Positions 27,468-40,200 of a stretch of 57,526 nt of DNA are shown here, one piece after another. The translations under genes and the position numbers were made by a program. Numbering within the stretch: the first letter of the stretch is position 1; every line of letters begins with the position of its first letter. The notes beneath the pieces were generated by a model. It was not told the origin of the DNA, did not search any database, and was given only the letters and a program-made list of their open reading frames with translations. The stretch is from Prorocentrum cordatum. Its lineage: Eukaryota. The stretch spans positions 62,001 through 119,526 of the forward strand of contig CAUYUJ010000018.1 in assembly GCA_963575745.1 (NCBI GenBank). Reading direction: 5' to 3'.

Positions 27468-28454
27468 CTTGTGAGGGTCATCGAATGAGGGAATTGGTTG
27501 CTGCTGAAACAAACCTGGGTGCATGGCTTGATGGACCCATTTTCCACCACCTCTACCATGTGCAGGAGGGGGATGAGAAGGAGGAGGAGGCGGAAGAGGA
27601 GGAGGAGGAGGAGGAGGAGAAGGAGGACCTCCTCATCCTTCCTTCTCCCTCGTCCTGCATGTGGTAGTGGTGGTGGCAAACTGGCCCATCATGGCTGAGG
27701 TGGGGATCCGCGGCGCGGATTCTTGTTGTTGCTTGTCATTTTTCACGTCGTCCCCCCCTGGATCCACCAGCGACCCACCCGCGACCCACCCGCGACCCAT
27801 CCCGCGACCCACTCCGCGACCCACCCGCGACCCACCCCGCGCCCGCCCCCTGACCCTTACCCGCAAAATCGGGGTGCTACGCGTGTCGCGGTGGCGGCCC
27901 CGGCGACACGCTTTGCCTTGCGAGTGGATAACGTATCGCTCCGCTCCGCGGGGCGGGAAGATTCGAAAGGCTCGGGACGTTGACGTTCAGAGGTCCGGTC
28001 GTAAATAGCGTGTCGCGCCGAAGCGTGGTGGGCCAGAATCGGCGCCCTGACACGCTGACCCAAAGCTCCTGGCCGTACGTACGGCAGGTTCGTGCCGTGC
28101 CGACTTGGGCGTTGGTTCCTCACACCGCGGGATCAGTTCAGCCTTGAACGATCGACCGCTTCCAAAACGTCAGATCGTCAGATCGTTCAACATCGACCGA
28201 ATCTGGGTCGCTAGCGGCATACAACGTTGAACAAACGGGGCGGGATTGCTGCTGGTCGACGCGACGCGAACCTACCGTATTGAGTAGATGAAGCGGGTTC
28301 GAACAACAAAGAAAAAAACAACAAAAACAACTGCACCAACAAACCTTGCCATCTCTTGGGGAACAAATCCCACCAGCCCTCTGGGCGCAGGTGGTCTAAC
28401 GAGATGCCTCTTCCCTCGTCCAAAAAATCCCTCTTCCCCTACGGGGAGGGGTTT

Positions 28455-29448
28455 ATCACTGCTCCCTATTATTATATACCCCCTCCCCCAGGCGACTGGG
28501 AGCCAACCCGAGGCCATGCCGGCCACCCCACCATCCCTTGTAAAAAAAAACAATACAAAACACACACTGCCTCCAAATTCGGAGCATTCGCAGCGAACCC
28601 GATGCGGCCTCGCCCCACCATCCCTGTCAAAAACGATACGGAGTATACTTCGCAGCCGCGGCGGCTGCGGCGGCTGCGGCGGGGGCAGCGGCTGCGGCGG
28701 CTGCGGCGGTGGCGGCGGCGGTGGCGGCGGCGGCGGGGGCGGCGGCGGCGGCGGTGGCGGCGGCGGCGGTGGCATCGGTGGCGGCAGCGGCTGCGGCGGC
28801 AGCGGCTACGGTGGCGGCGATTCAGCGGCGGCGGCGACGGCGGCGGCGGCGGCGGGCGGCGCGATGGCGGCGGCGGCGGCGGACAGCGGCGGCGGCGGCG
28901 GCGGCAGCGCGTCGGCGGCGGGCGGCGGCGGCGGCGGAGGCGGATTCGCCCCCAGTAGCTGCCCATCCAAAAACGACTGTTGAATGTGCTGCGGCTCGGG
29001 CCAGGCTCAGATGCTACGTATGTGTTGGGAGGGCGGGTGGGGGTGAGCGAGACGGCTTGCGGGCGGGGAGGGAGTCTTGATCACTGTTCCCTATTAATAA
29101 ACACCCCCTCCCCCAGGCGACTGGGGGCCAACCCGAGTCCATGCCGACACCCCCCCACCATCCCTTGTAAAAACCATACAAAACACACTCTGCCTCCAAA
29201 TTCGGAACATGCGCAGCCAACCCGATGCGGCCCCCCCCACCATCCCTGTCAAAAAACAATACAGCGTACACTTGGCGGCGGCGGCGGCGGCGGCGGAGGC
29301 TGCGACGGCGGTGGCGGCGGCTGCGGCGGCGCGGCGGCGGCGGCTGCGGCGGGCGGCGGCGGCGGGCGGCGGCGGCGGCGGCGGCGGCGGCTGCGGCGGC
29401 GGCGGCGGCGGCAGCGGCTGCGGCGGCGGCGGCGGTTTGGCAGCGGGG

Positions 29449-29489
<41 letters not shown>

Positions 29490-29650
29490 AGGCGGCGGCG
29501 GCGGCGGCGGATTGGCCCCCAGTAGCTGCCCATCCAAAGACGACTGCTGAATATGCTGAGCCTCGGGCCAGACTCGGGTGCTACGTATGTGTTGGGAGGG
29601 CGGGTGGGAGTGAGCGAAACGGCTTGCGGGCGGGGGGGGGTCTTGACCAC
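28455..29650. repeat. Tandem duplication of a ~600-bp unit with an internal variable (GGC)n tract
   Basis: cccctcccccaggcgactggg...tgcctccaaattcgga...catccctgtcaaaaa-(GGC)n-ggatt.gcccccagtagctgcccatccaaa...ctacgtatgtgttgggagggcgggtggg occurs twice. Confidence 0.9.
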
Positions 29651-29677
29651 TCCCCCTACCCCCTCCCCTGGATTTTT

Positions 29678-29896
<219 letters not shown>

Positions 29897-32800
29897 GGGG
29901 GGGGGGGGTCGCGAGGTGTCAGGGCGTCCAAAACGGCCTCGGCGAGGAAACCAAAATCATTGGTTTTCCTTAGGTTTTGGCACCATGCTGGCCTTTCTGG
30001 GGGACTGAACGTTATACCATCTCCTCCTTTGACCGATGGCCTTCAAGATGGTCCCAAGAGGCCTTCCAGGTCCCCCAAGAGAGCTCCAAGAGAGCCCCAA
30101 GAGGGCCCCAAGAGGACTCCAAGACCCCTAAAAGAGCCCCGAGAGAGCTCCAATGCCCTCCCAAAGAGCTCCAGGAGAGCTCCAAGAGGCGATTTTGAGG
30201 GCTCCTGGGAAGGGGCCGAAATCGAGGACCCCCCATCTTTTGATCGATGCTCTCCTAGATGGCCCCAGCAGGCCTTCCAGGGCACCAGCCACAGCACCAG
30301 CAATGGCAGTAACAACGTCAGCAGCACCAGCAACAACCGCAGCAGCACCACCAGCTAATGACTGAGAAATCCCACCAGCCCTTTGGGCGACAGGTGGTCT
30401 GAGGGAGAATGAGGAATACATAAAGCAGAAGCACTCTTCCCCCTCTTCCTCCTCCTTTTCCCCTCGCCCACACGCGGCCCCCATGGATGGCGCGAAGAGG
30501 CCTTTTAACGCCACCCCCTTGCTCCCAGAAATCTCTCGGTCCATCCTGGTTGCTCGCTTTGTTTCCCTAGACGTATACCTTCGTCCCTTTTCCCGTCAGC
30601 TCTCATGGGCAGGGCTTCTGAAGAGCTGGTGGGCATATTTTTTCGGTCGCGTCCGCGAGCGAAAGCGCGGGCGGAGACAGAAACTGTCCGGGGCACGGAA
30701 ACAGACCTAATTAGCTACAGGGCGCGGATCGGGCCGGCCGGGCCAGCTCACAAGGCGGCTGCTGAACCGCAGGGCGAGGGCTGACTGGCTGAGGGCACCC
30801 AGGGAAGCTCAGGCATCGTGCAGCCCTGAGCAAAATGCCAGGGAATTCGAAGTACGCCCTGCGGCGTGGACCACTCGGTGAAGGCGAGAAGGTAAGCGAG
30901 CTGATGCCCACACCCCTCTCACGCCTGGTGGTCGCGAAGGCGAGGTGAACGATGAACGAGTCGCCAGCGGGGCGCCAAGTCCAGGTCCGTGCCAACGGCG
31001 TATGCCAGCTAGGTGGGCTGAGCAACCGAGGTGATGTCGTAGACCTGCCTAAATGGCTGGGACGGATTCAGGGAGGAGCGCAGCGTGAGACGGAAGGCTG
31101 AACCACTCCGAAGCGACCGCGGGGCTCCCGGGGCCCACCATCCCGAGCACGTGACGGGGCCGGCCCTGTGGCGAACCCTGTGGGCCTGGCCCCAGTCACC
31201 CGCGTGTCAAAGCGTGGTGAGGCGCCGCACTAAGTGTGACAGTAGCCAGGCTGGCGGGGATGAACATCGTCAGCGTGGCAGGATAGGCGAAATGGAAGTG
31301 CCGCGTCCGGCGGAAGGATGGACCACTCCGAGACGCTTGGCGCCATCCCGGGAAACGCCACTCCCGAGCAGGGGCAACGGACCGGCCCGAGTGTGGGGCA
31401 CCTGCGGGCTCGTCCCGTGGCCCCAGGGTCACGACGCGAGCGTCGTAGAGAACCGCGTATTGCGCGGAAGGGAAGCCAGACTGGCGGGGATGAGCGTCGC
31501 CAGCGCAACAGGAGAGTAGGCACCAGGGGGCGACAGAGCCAGGGGGCAATCACCCACGTGCGGAGCAGTGTCACGGGACCTGACGGGTCACCCTGCCCGT
31601 GCGGGACCCTCCTGTGGTGGGGTCGGCGGGGACAGACATCACCAGCCGGCCACATGGAGGGGCCCGCCGGGACACCCAGCGCCAGGGGGGAGGGGGAGAG
31701 GGGCCAGAGCCAAGGCCAGTACTCCAGGGTGCAGCTAACGGCTGCTCAGGGTTGAATTAAGACAGGTCCACGTCCAGTGGAACGCGGGGCCCAAGATCCA
31801 GGGATGCAGCTAACAGCTAACGGCTGCTCAGAGTTCGGTAAATGTCACGAGCGCCCACCCAGCAGGGGCGAAGTGTGGGCAGAGCTTCCCCCAGCGAAGC
31901 GCTGCCAACTATCGACCTGCTGGCCCCGGTGTCGGCGGCGTGCCTGCATCGCTGACATCTCACCAGGGGTGCAACTAACGGCTGCTCAGTGACGAAGGAC
32001 AACCAGGGGGGCCACAGCTGCTGCACTGGGAGGGGGGCTGTCCTGCATCGTTCTCGCCAGTGGCACGACTGCACCGCCGAGGAACTGTTCGTCCCTGCCA
32101 CTCGGCCGTCCAACCGTTTGGGTCAGACCGGCTCCCGCCAGTCGCCGACTGCGTGAAACCCTGGGGCCAGCGCTGGATCCTTCCCGCGCGTGTCCTGTTG
32201 GGAGGGAGGGTCGCCTGCGCCGGTGCGTACCCAGGGGAGACGCCGGGGGTGTGGCGGGCGCCGTCTGCCTTCTCCGAACAGCTGCATCCAGGGCGGCCGA
32301 GGCCTCTACAGTCACGAAGCGTGGCCGATACTGCTTCCAGGGTGGCCAAAGCTGGTGGGGATACTTTTTTGGTCTGCGGCCGCGCGACAACGGTTTGGCG
32401 GCGGGAAGCAATGTCCGGGGCGGGCGGCACAAAGCGAATTGGCAACCCCAACCGCCACGTTGACAGGCCGGATCGCACCTGCACAACAAGCGCGCAGATG
32501 CAAATGCACAGAACAAAATGCTCTGCATTCACCAACAGACGCACCTAGGCGCCACCCAGTAAACCAAAGTGTACAAGCGGCCGCGGGTGCGAGTGCAACG
32601 GGGTGAGTCGCCAGTGCGGCGCCAAACTCCAAGCAGCCAGCCCTGCTAGCTAAGAGACACGAGCCCGGGAAACCGGGCTGCAGGCGGTGGAAAACAAGAG
32701 GCAAACGACGCGGAATGCTGAACCACTCAGCGCGCAGCCCTCGAACTCCACCTCGAACTCCTCGAACTCCGGGGATATATGCGCGAAACGTGAATAATAT

Positions 32801-33539
32801 TTACTTCCGCCAGCTTCCGCCGAGCTTCCTTGTCTGTCAATTCGCCCGCAAGTTTCTGGGATAGAGCGTCCGGTCGCGGGCTTCGCTAAAAAGTCAACCA
32901 GGAACGGCGCGACGGAAACACTTAAGATCCCGTCGGGGGGCCAAGAAAAATCACGTACGGGGACCGCTGGGGACGAGGAAGGCGGACTAGCCCCATCTCC
33001 ATCTCCAACGTGCCACCCCTACGTGCTCCCACCGTTACGAAAGTAACACTGTACGGGCCCGCCGAGTTTCTGCCAGCTTCCGCTGGCGGTGGCGGCCTCG
33101 CTTTACTTCCGTCGCCTCCCGCCAGCCTTTCCCGAGCGCCCCACGCCAAGGAAGAGATAGATCAACTCCTTCGACCCACGAATGCGAGGCCTCTTTTTAA
33201 CATGCCTCACTAACAGGGCCCAGGGACACTCAAAACAAATATGCGCACATGTTTGTGTGGATGTTCGTCTTCCCCGTACACTTCCCATATTTTCCGATAT
33301 CTTCTTAGAAATCGACGTTTGTTAGCGTCCGTGTCTATTCTTTCCTCCGTGTAGAGAGGCCCCGACCCAGACCCCCGACGTCGTGACTTGTTCACAGCGT
33401 CGACCCCCCGAAGGCCCGACCCCTTCCACGGGAACGGCTCTTCATCCTCAAGCATTTCTTTGGCGGCCACGAGGCCCGGCAGGGGCCCTCGGAGACCGAA
33501 GAGAGCGAAAAACCTCCCGTCATGTTTTCGCGCGACGAC

Positions 33540-33571
<32 letters not shown>

Positions 33572-33895
33572 CGGCGACGACGACGACAACGACGACGACA
33601 CGACGACGACGATGACGGCGGCGGCGGCGAGATGCCCCAACGACCGCGGCCAGGAGGCCTCTGCGGCCCGCGCCTCCTCCAGCTGCGCGGCCAGCACGCG
33701 CGCGGGGTTGGCGGCGCCGCCGGCGGCGGCGGGCGCCTCTGTGCGCTGGGCGGCCGGTGGGAGGCGGCGGCGCCATCGCCCTCGGGCCTCCGCTGGCCTC
33801 CTTGGGCCTCGTCCTCTTCTTCCTGCCCTTCCTGCCCCTTTCTCCTCCTCCTCCCCCTCCTCCTCCTCCTCCGCCTTGTCCTCGTCCTCGACCTC

Positions 33896-33909
33896 GTCCT
33901 CCGCTTCTC
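33896..33909. repeat. Target-site duplication of the LINE (3' copy), gtcctccgcttctc
   Basis: Identical 14-mer at 38913-38926, immediately outside the SL. Confidence 0.9.
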
Positions 33910-33952
33910 TTGCCGCGTGGCCCAGGCGCTCGGTCACTCCCTCGCCCGCGCC

Positions 33953-36900
33953 CTACCGCCCCACGGCTAGGGCGACGACAGGCGCCAGTTCCAAAGCCTC
34001 CTCCCGTCTGAGAGGGCGGCCCAAAATGAAGCACTTCGCACGAATCGCACTGTACAGAAAATACGCAGCTATGGGAATCTCGCAGGACTTGCGAGACGGA
34101 TCCAGCACCCCCAGGCGGTCCAGATGGTCCCACGGGAGAACACGAAGCCTTAAGGTCTTGGCGGCGAGGGCATCGAAAGGGATGCAACACCAGTGATGGT
34201 GCATGTGGTCTTCGCCACCAGATTGTCGTGCGCACCCTAGTTTACAGCACGCATCTTCGGCAATAGACTTCTGGAATTGGCACTGGGTGAGCCAATTCTT
34301 AAAAACCGTGCGAAACCAGGCTGAGGCCAGAGCCGGCTTCAGCTTAGATGCGACGCGCCGCACCTCTGCCCAAGGGATCAGATCGAGACGCGAACCATTC
34401 CCAGGGAACCAGCTCCGAAGACGAGAATGGAGGAGCGAACGATTTGGGTCCGGGTGCAACGTCTGGGAAAACGCACGAGTTAACAATCGTTGGATTTTAA
34501 ACTTCTCACGACGGGGGTTCTCTACTTGCACGGAGGCGCATTCAGTCAGATGTTGGAGAAGGAGAAGGTGAAGGGGATGATCGGGATGTCCGTTACGTGC
34601 AGCATCCAAGTGTTGACATATGGCGGGGGATGACCAGTATTCAGGGGAGTTGACCAAAGAGAGTAAAGCCGAGACCACGGTGTTCTTCAGAGGCAGAGCG
34701 CAGACGCCGAAAACTTGGCTCCCAATCGTATGTGTCCCACGCTGCCCTCGTTCGGGCTGCTAGTGTCATCGCCCGCAGAGAAGGGATCTTTGGCCCTCCC
34801 ATGCGGACCACGAAAAGAAAGAGGCCCTGGCCAAGCCACAGGAAGGTAGGTGGAATATTCGAGCCAGCAGCACCGATTCGTCGTGGTCGATGCGAGGCGG
34901 GAGGGGAATGAACTGCGCCACACACGAGAGAGTCGAAGCAACACGAGAGGAGTACAGCATGGATGCGGTAGGGGTGGGGGAATGAATAACCGCCAACAGA
35001 CTCCCACGGGTGCGCCACTTGGAGATCGGGGCCTTCCAGGATTGTGCCTCATAGTCGGGTCCGATCCACATCCCCAGATATTTGATCATAGTCACAATAG
35101 ATAACTGCCCCCACCCAGGTCAAGTCAGGTCAGGTAAAGTTGGATCAGGTCAGGTGCGATCGGTCCCGCAGGAGGCAAGAGCTGGCACTTCGCTAAATTC
35201 AGACAGAGATTGGCGAGGGCGTTCGCATTGCCGAAGATGCGCTTGATCTTCGGAAATACTTCAGGCGAAACAATTACCGAACAAAGAACGTCCGCCCACG
35301 CGCGCACCTGTCCCCGCCGCATCAGCTCGACCGAGCGGAAGAAGTCCTGGGGGAAGGGCTCGAGACTTGCAGCAAAGCAAGTACCGCTGCCTGGGCAGCC
35401 TCGAATAATCCCCGCCAGGATCTGAAACAGATAACGCGTCTCCCCCCCGAACTTGGCGAAGCAGTGGGCGCTGGCATCAATCATTTGAATAAACCAAATC
35501 AGCGGACCTGGGACACGAATAGCGCTCAGCACCAGGAACAGCCAGGCATGGGCGAGAGACGGAAACGCCCGGGCAAAGTCGCACGCCAAGAGCGCGGGCA
35601 GTCGCTCTGCCGCCGACGGCAGCATCGAGAGGATACTGGATTCCGCGTCCACATCTATGATGTTCGTGCCGAACTGCCGCGCCCACCAAAAAAACCACGT
35701 TGACTGAAGTGGCCAACCTTGGCCCACTGGGCACTTAAAGCTCGGGCACAGACAGCCGCGGGGGTTTTGGCATCGCAGTTTTTTTGCCGAGAGGACGGAG
35801 TTCTGAGGCTTCCCGAACGGCACCGAAAGCGCGCCCCTCCTCCTCCTCCTTCGGAATGAAAGCTACACGTATATAACTGAACCCCATCACCATGTTCCCC
35901 CCTCCAATATCCAGACCATCACCTCGTCTAAAATGTCCGCGGCCATCGGCGCGCGCTGCCGGGCGGCGCAGGGAAGCATGTCTGGTCCAGGCTCGCTGTG
36001 GCGCACCAGAGACAGCTGCTTTTCAATCATTCGCTTGCTTGGAAGGGGGATGTTCGAGAGGTCTAGATGGCCCGTGAACTTATCAATGTAGAATTTCGCC
36101 GAGGCAGCGCGGATGGGCTTGGAATCAACAACAGGTCCCCAGTAGGACGGGATACATGCAGCAATCTCGCCGGGCGCCGTGCACGCGCCAAGCGGGCGCC
36201 TAATCCCTCGGAGCACAAGACGACGATCGACTGGGGCCCAGATCTTACATCGTTGTTGGAGCCGTCGTCGTTGCTGACTCAATCTCTTCATCGTCGCATT
36301 AGACTGCGATTATATTCCCATGGGCGCGCTGCGTATCCTCTCCTCCAGTCGCTGCTGCTGCTCCTCAAAGCCCTCCCGAATCAGGCGATCGATCGTCGTC
36401 GCGTACTCAGTTGGATACAGAAGCCACACCTTGTCTGCCATCAGATCCAGACCAAGATGTTCCCTAGCGAGCGGATGCGCGCGGAGTAAAGTAGACGCGA
36501 GCTGGGCGTCTTGCCGCCGCGCCGCCCGCCCCACAGATCTCAGGATAGTAATCTGCGCCAGCTGCGAGTCAGGTTCATCTGCCAGGAGAGAGTTGCGGGC
36601 CGCGCGAGCTGTTTCGCGCATCAGGTTCTTAGAATGGACTAGCTCGAGCGGGGGGGGCATGCTGGGCCAGTGCGTCGCATCGAGATAAGCTTTCGTCGTC
36701 AGTAGATCACACGTCGTGCTGAAAATGAATTTCGGAATCGGTCTCTCGTCGGGCGTCGACGATCGAGCCGGGCAAAATGCAACCGGAGTCGGGGCGTGAT
36801 ATGAGATGTTCTTGTGGCGCGTGATCTCAACCATTTCTTTAGTGTAACCAGTAGCAGCCATATTAGTAAGGGCCCAGCCAGGGACCGTAGTGAACATCCT

Positions 36901-37632
36901 ATATATGATGCTAGTGTGATCGCGGCCCGCGGAGAAGTGGGCGGGATCTGTCTGCTCGATCTCCACCAGCTGCGAGAAGAGGTGAGACCAGGCAGAGTCG
37001 CGCGCAAAGCGCCAAGATGCATACCCGTCTGCGGCTAACGCGGCAGCAGAGGGTACCAGCGGCTTCGGCGGGGCGGCAGCAAGTTCGAAATCTCCCACGA
37101 CCATGACCACGCGTTTGTCAGGTTCCTGGGCCGCAAGGGCCCTGTACCGAAGTACGCGGTTAATGATGCAGTTCCCCTCGGCTCGGCTAAGCCCAAAATT
37201 GTGGATGTTGTAGAGCGTGATCCACGCCCCAGACGCGCCCAGGTCGCTTCCACTCCGAGACATTCTCCCACGCGAAACCAGAACCGCAAGGGCTCGACTT
37301 TTGGTGATCTCTATGCCGCGCATAGATCCGCACCCTGGAGGGTGCTTTGGGACCAACGTGAGGACGCCACCCGCCTTAGCCGAAGGGCAGAAGGAAGTGA
37401 AGAGCTCCGCGTTCTTGTCGAAGAAATGCACCACGTCTTCAGCCTCGGACCTGGTCCCGCGGGTTGCCTGAACAGCGACGCAACTGGGAGGGCCCACCAG
37501 GGACTTCAAGTACTCGTACTTTTTGCCCCGAAGGGGAAAGTCGCGATGGAAAAGAGCTCGAGCATTCCAGCTAACAAAACTCAACGTGTCTCTGGACCCG
37601 CTGGACCCAGGACCAGAGACGGCAGAGAGCAT
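33953..37632 (-). pseudogene. LINE ORF2: AP endonuclease + reverse transcriptase + C-terminal zinc knuckle, multiply frameshifted
   Basis: APE: SWNAR, VQATR, YNIHN, VGDF, ISYHAP. RT: PGPD, AFIPK, RPLG, SQRGF, DFARAFPSLAH, GIIRGCPGSG, WADV, LNLAKC, KYLG. End: CKLGC...EDHMHHHWCC. Confidence 0.9.
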
Positions 37633-38679
37633 TAAAGACTCCACTGGGCGGGCGCCCTGTCCGCAAACAGGGCTTTGATGGGGGCCTCACAGACCGCCCT
37701 GTCGATCCCGAGGGTCTGCATGTTCTGCATCGCCCACTCGATGGCGGGGGGGTCGTCGGCGCCGTTCGCCGTGAACTTGAGGGCGGCCTTCCACAAGTGG
37801 CTGAGTTCACCGCGGTCGCGGTCAATGAAGCAGCGCTTCCCCTGGAACAGCTCCTCCATCTTCTTCTTGATGATATTGAGGCCCAGCTCGGTCTGGACCT
37901 GCTTCTGGTTCTTGTCCGTGGAGACGAACAATTCAGCCCGAATGCCTTCGGGAGTCTCGCAGTCGAAACGTCGCCGTCCAGCTTCACCAGGAAGGCGCAT
38001 GGCGGCCATCGCTTGGTTGACCTTGCGCGCAGCATACCCGGTGGCGCCACGAAAGGACAGCTTGTGGAGCTTCGCCACTGGGTCACCCTTGATGTGCCAC
38101 TCATCCTCCACGATGTTCGCGTCGTCCAGCCACGGCTTGATGGCCACCTGGACATGGGAGCGGGCCACCATGGAGCGTGAGCGAATCGTGATGATGGTCG
38201 GGTCCGTGGCGCGGTCGAAGCCGCGAGAAGAGGAGACGGGAGCTTTCGGCTCCCCAGAACGAACGATGCCCAGCGTGGTGCGCAGCTCGGCCACCTCCGA
38301 CTCGAGCTTCGCGAGCTTGGCGACGTGGAGAGAGCCGTGCCTCAGCTGCGGACATGCGCTCCTCCACCTGTTTGTCGCACGCCTGGAGGTGTTGGTGCAT
38401 GGTGTTGGACACGGCGGAAAGGGAACGTTGCATGCCTTCGATATGCTGGATGGGTGTCTTACGAGCGTTCTCGATGGACTCACGGAACGAATGGTAGTCC
38501 TCTGCCTGCGGCGTCGGGACGGGCGTGCCTGGAAGGGACGGCGCGCTGAACAATGATGAAGGGGTGCCAGCTTCACCACCAGCCAGGACGGGTGTGGGCA
38601 CAGGCTGACTCGATCCTGCCGTTCCAGTCCTTGGGGTCTGAAGGCGAGGTTCGCCCGTCTCTTGATCACGAAGAGCCAT
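37632..38679 (-). pseudogene. LINE ORF1 (coiled coil plus globular domain), one frameshift near 38330
   Basis: MALRDQ... then heptads (DKQVEERMSAAEARL / AKLAKLESEVAELRTTL), lying between the SL and ORF2. Its TAA overlaps the ORF2 ATG (TAATG, 37634-37630). Confidence 0.75.
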
Positions 38680-38890
38680 TGCGCCGCTGTGCTGGCACAG
38701 CACCCTGTCAAAGACAAAATGTACACGTTGACGCACAATCAGACAAAGAGGGGCTGAGAGAGTGCCCTGCGGGCGGTGGGGGCCTTCGCCGTGGGCCCTG
38801 CGCCCCAAGTCTGCCTGAGCAAGACTACGGGGGGGGGTCCAAAGCTAATCGCTGATTCTCAGGCGTCTATAGCCCTTCACAACGTTTAGC

Positions 38891-38912
38891 CTTGAGCCAA
38901 AATGGCTACGGA
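38891..38912 (-). other. Perfect 22-nt DinoSL at the LINE 5' end
   Basis: The minus strand reads TCCGTAGCCATTTTGGCTCAAG. Confidence 0.97.
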
Positions 38913-38926
38913 GTCCTCCGCTTCTC
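38913..38926. repeat. Target-site duplication of the LINE (5' copy)
   Basis: gtcctccgcttctc, identical to 33896-33909. Confidence 0.9.
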
Positions 38927-39484
38927 CTCTTCTTCCTCCTCCTCCTCCACGTATTCGTCCTCGTCCTCGTTCTCGTCTTCGTCCTCGTCCTCCTCCTCCT
39001 CCTCCTCCTCGTCCTCGTCCTCGTCCTCCTCATCCTCCTCCTCGGTCGGTCGGTCGGCCATAAGGGAACGAGTCTGAATCCCAGTCGAAGCTAAAAGAAG
39101 AGCGGTCGGCGGCAGAGAGAAAAAATGAGGCAACGATCGCGGCAGCGGGCAAACCTCGTGGGCAAAGAAGAGATACCCCACGAAGTCCACAGCTCATTTT
39201 ATATTGCCTCCATCGTACTTAAGGACCACATCCCAGAAATAACTTTGAGCACTCAGGAAAGTATCGAAACAGTGTCGAGCGAGTATCGCCTGCCAGGGCC
39301 CAACGCGTAAAAAACCTCCAGCTTCGGTACTTCCCTGGAGCTCGAAATTATTTCTGGCAATCCAGGCTAAGGTAGGCTGGAACATCACAAAGCTCATTCC
39401 CATAACCATGCAAGGCTTACTCAAAACCCCGGCTCCTGACGCATGGGTGGCAGAACGGCCTGGGGTAGTACGTCAACATAGTGG

Positions 39485-40200
39485 GTGCCATTCAACACGT
39501 ATATCCCAAACCCTCGATACCCGCCCTCTTCGTCTTCGATCGGACCCCATTGGGGGTATACCTTTTTTTACCAGCAACGCGTATTTCATGCAGCCCCTAC
39601 GGCAGAAGACGAGAGGACGGATGGAAGAAAGGGTCAATGGGGGAGGGAGGAGGATGGAGCACGAGAGAAAGAGTAGCAGGACGGGGGCTAGGAGCAGAAA
39701 ACACATGGCAGAATCAGACGGGCAGATCGGGTGGGTAGACTCTAACAGGTGGGTCGGGAAGGCGGGCCCAGGCGGCCAGGTCGAGCAGGCGGGTTGCTGA
39801 AGCGTGCGTTCTGCATGAATCGCGAGTCTGGAGCGATAGCGCGATCCCCAAGTAGATCCTGAGACAGGCCAGAGCGAGAGCGTGATTCCTGAGTGTCGAG
39901 GGCGCGGCGTCTGAATTAATTGCTCAAACATCCCGCGCGAGAGCGCGACTTCTGCATGAATTGTGAGGACGTCCCGCGCGCGAGCGCGATTTGGGAATAC
40001 ATTGTGAAGACGTATCAGGCGGCAGCCGTTGTTGTTGTAACTCGGGGGCCCGGGGCCGAATTCTGAGACCCACGACATTCCTCATACAAAAAGGGTGCGG
40101 GCCCTGGGAAGGGCACTTGAATTGAAAAATAAAATACGCCCCGGAGGGTGGTGGCCAACAAGGATTATTCTTCAGCAGTGGGAACTCAAGAACTCAACAA
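39485..40200. repeat. Dispersed repeat, homologous to 44210-45470
   Basis: Shared colinear blocks: accctcgatacccgccct.t..gtcttcgatc, gccgttgttg.tgtaa..cggggg.cc.ggggcc and attattcttcag.agtg.ga..tcaa. The second copy has an expanded (GA)n tract and ~41-bp repeats inside. Confidence 0.75.

Larger units (their letters stand above)
33910..38912 (-). mobile_element. Full-length, SL-capped non-LTR retrotransposon (APE-type LINE), coding-degenerate
   Basis: DinoSL at the 5' end, ORF1, ORF2 with APE endonuclease, RT and a C-terminal Cys/His knuckle, and a 14-bp TSD. Confidence 0.93.
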
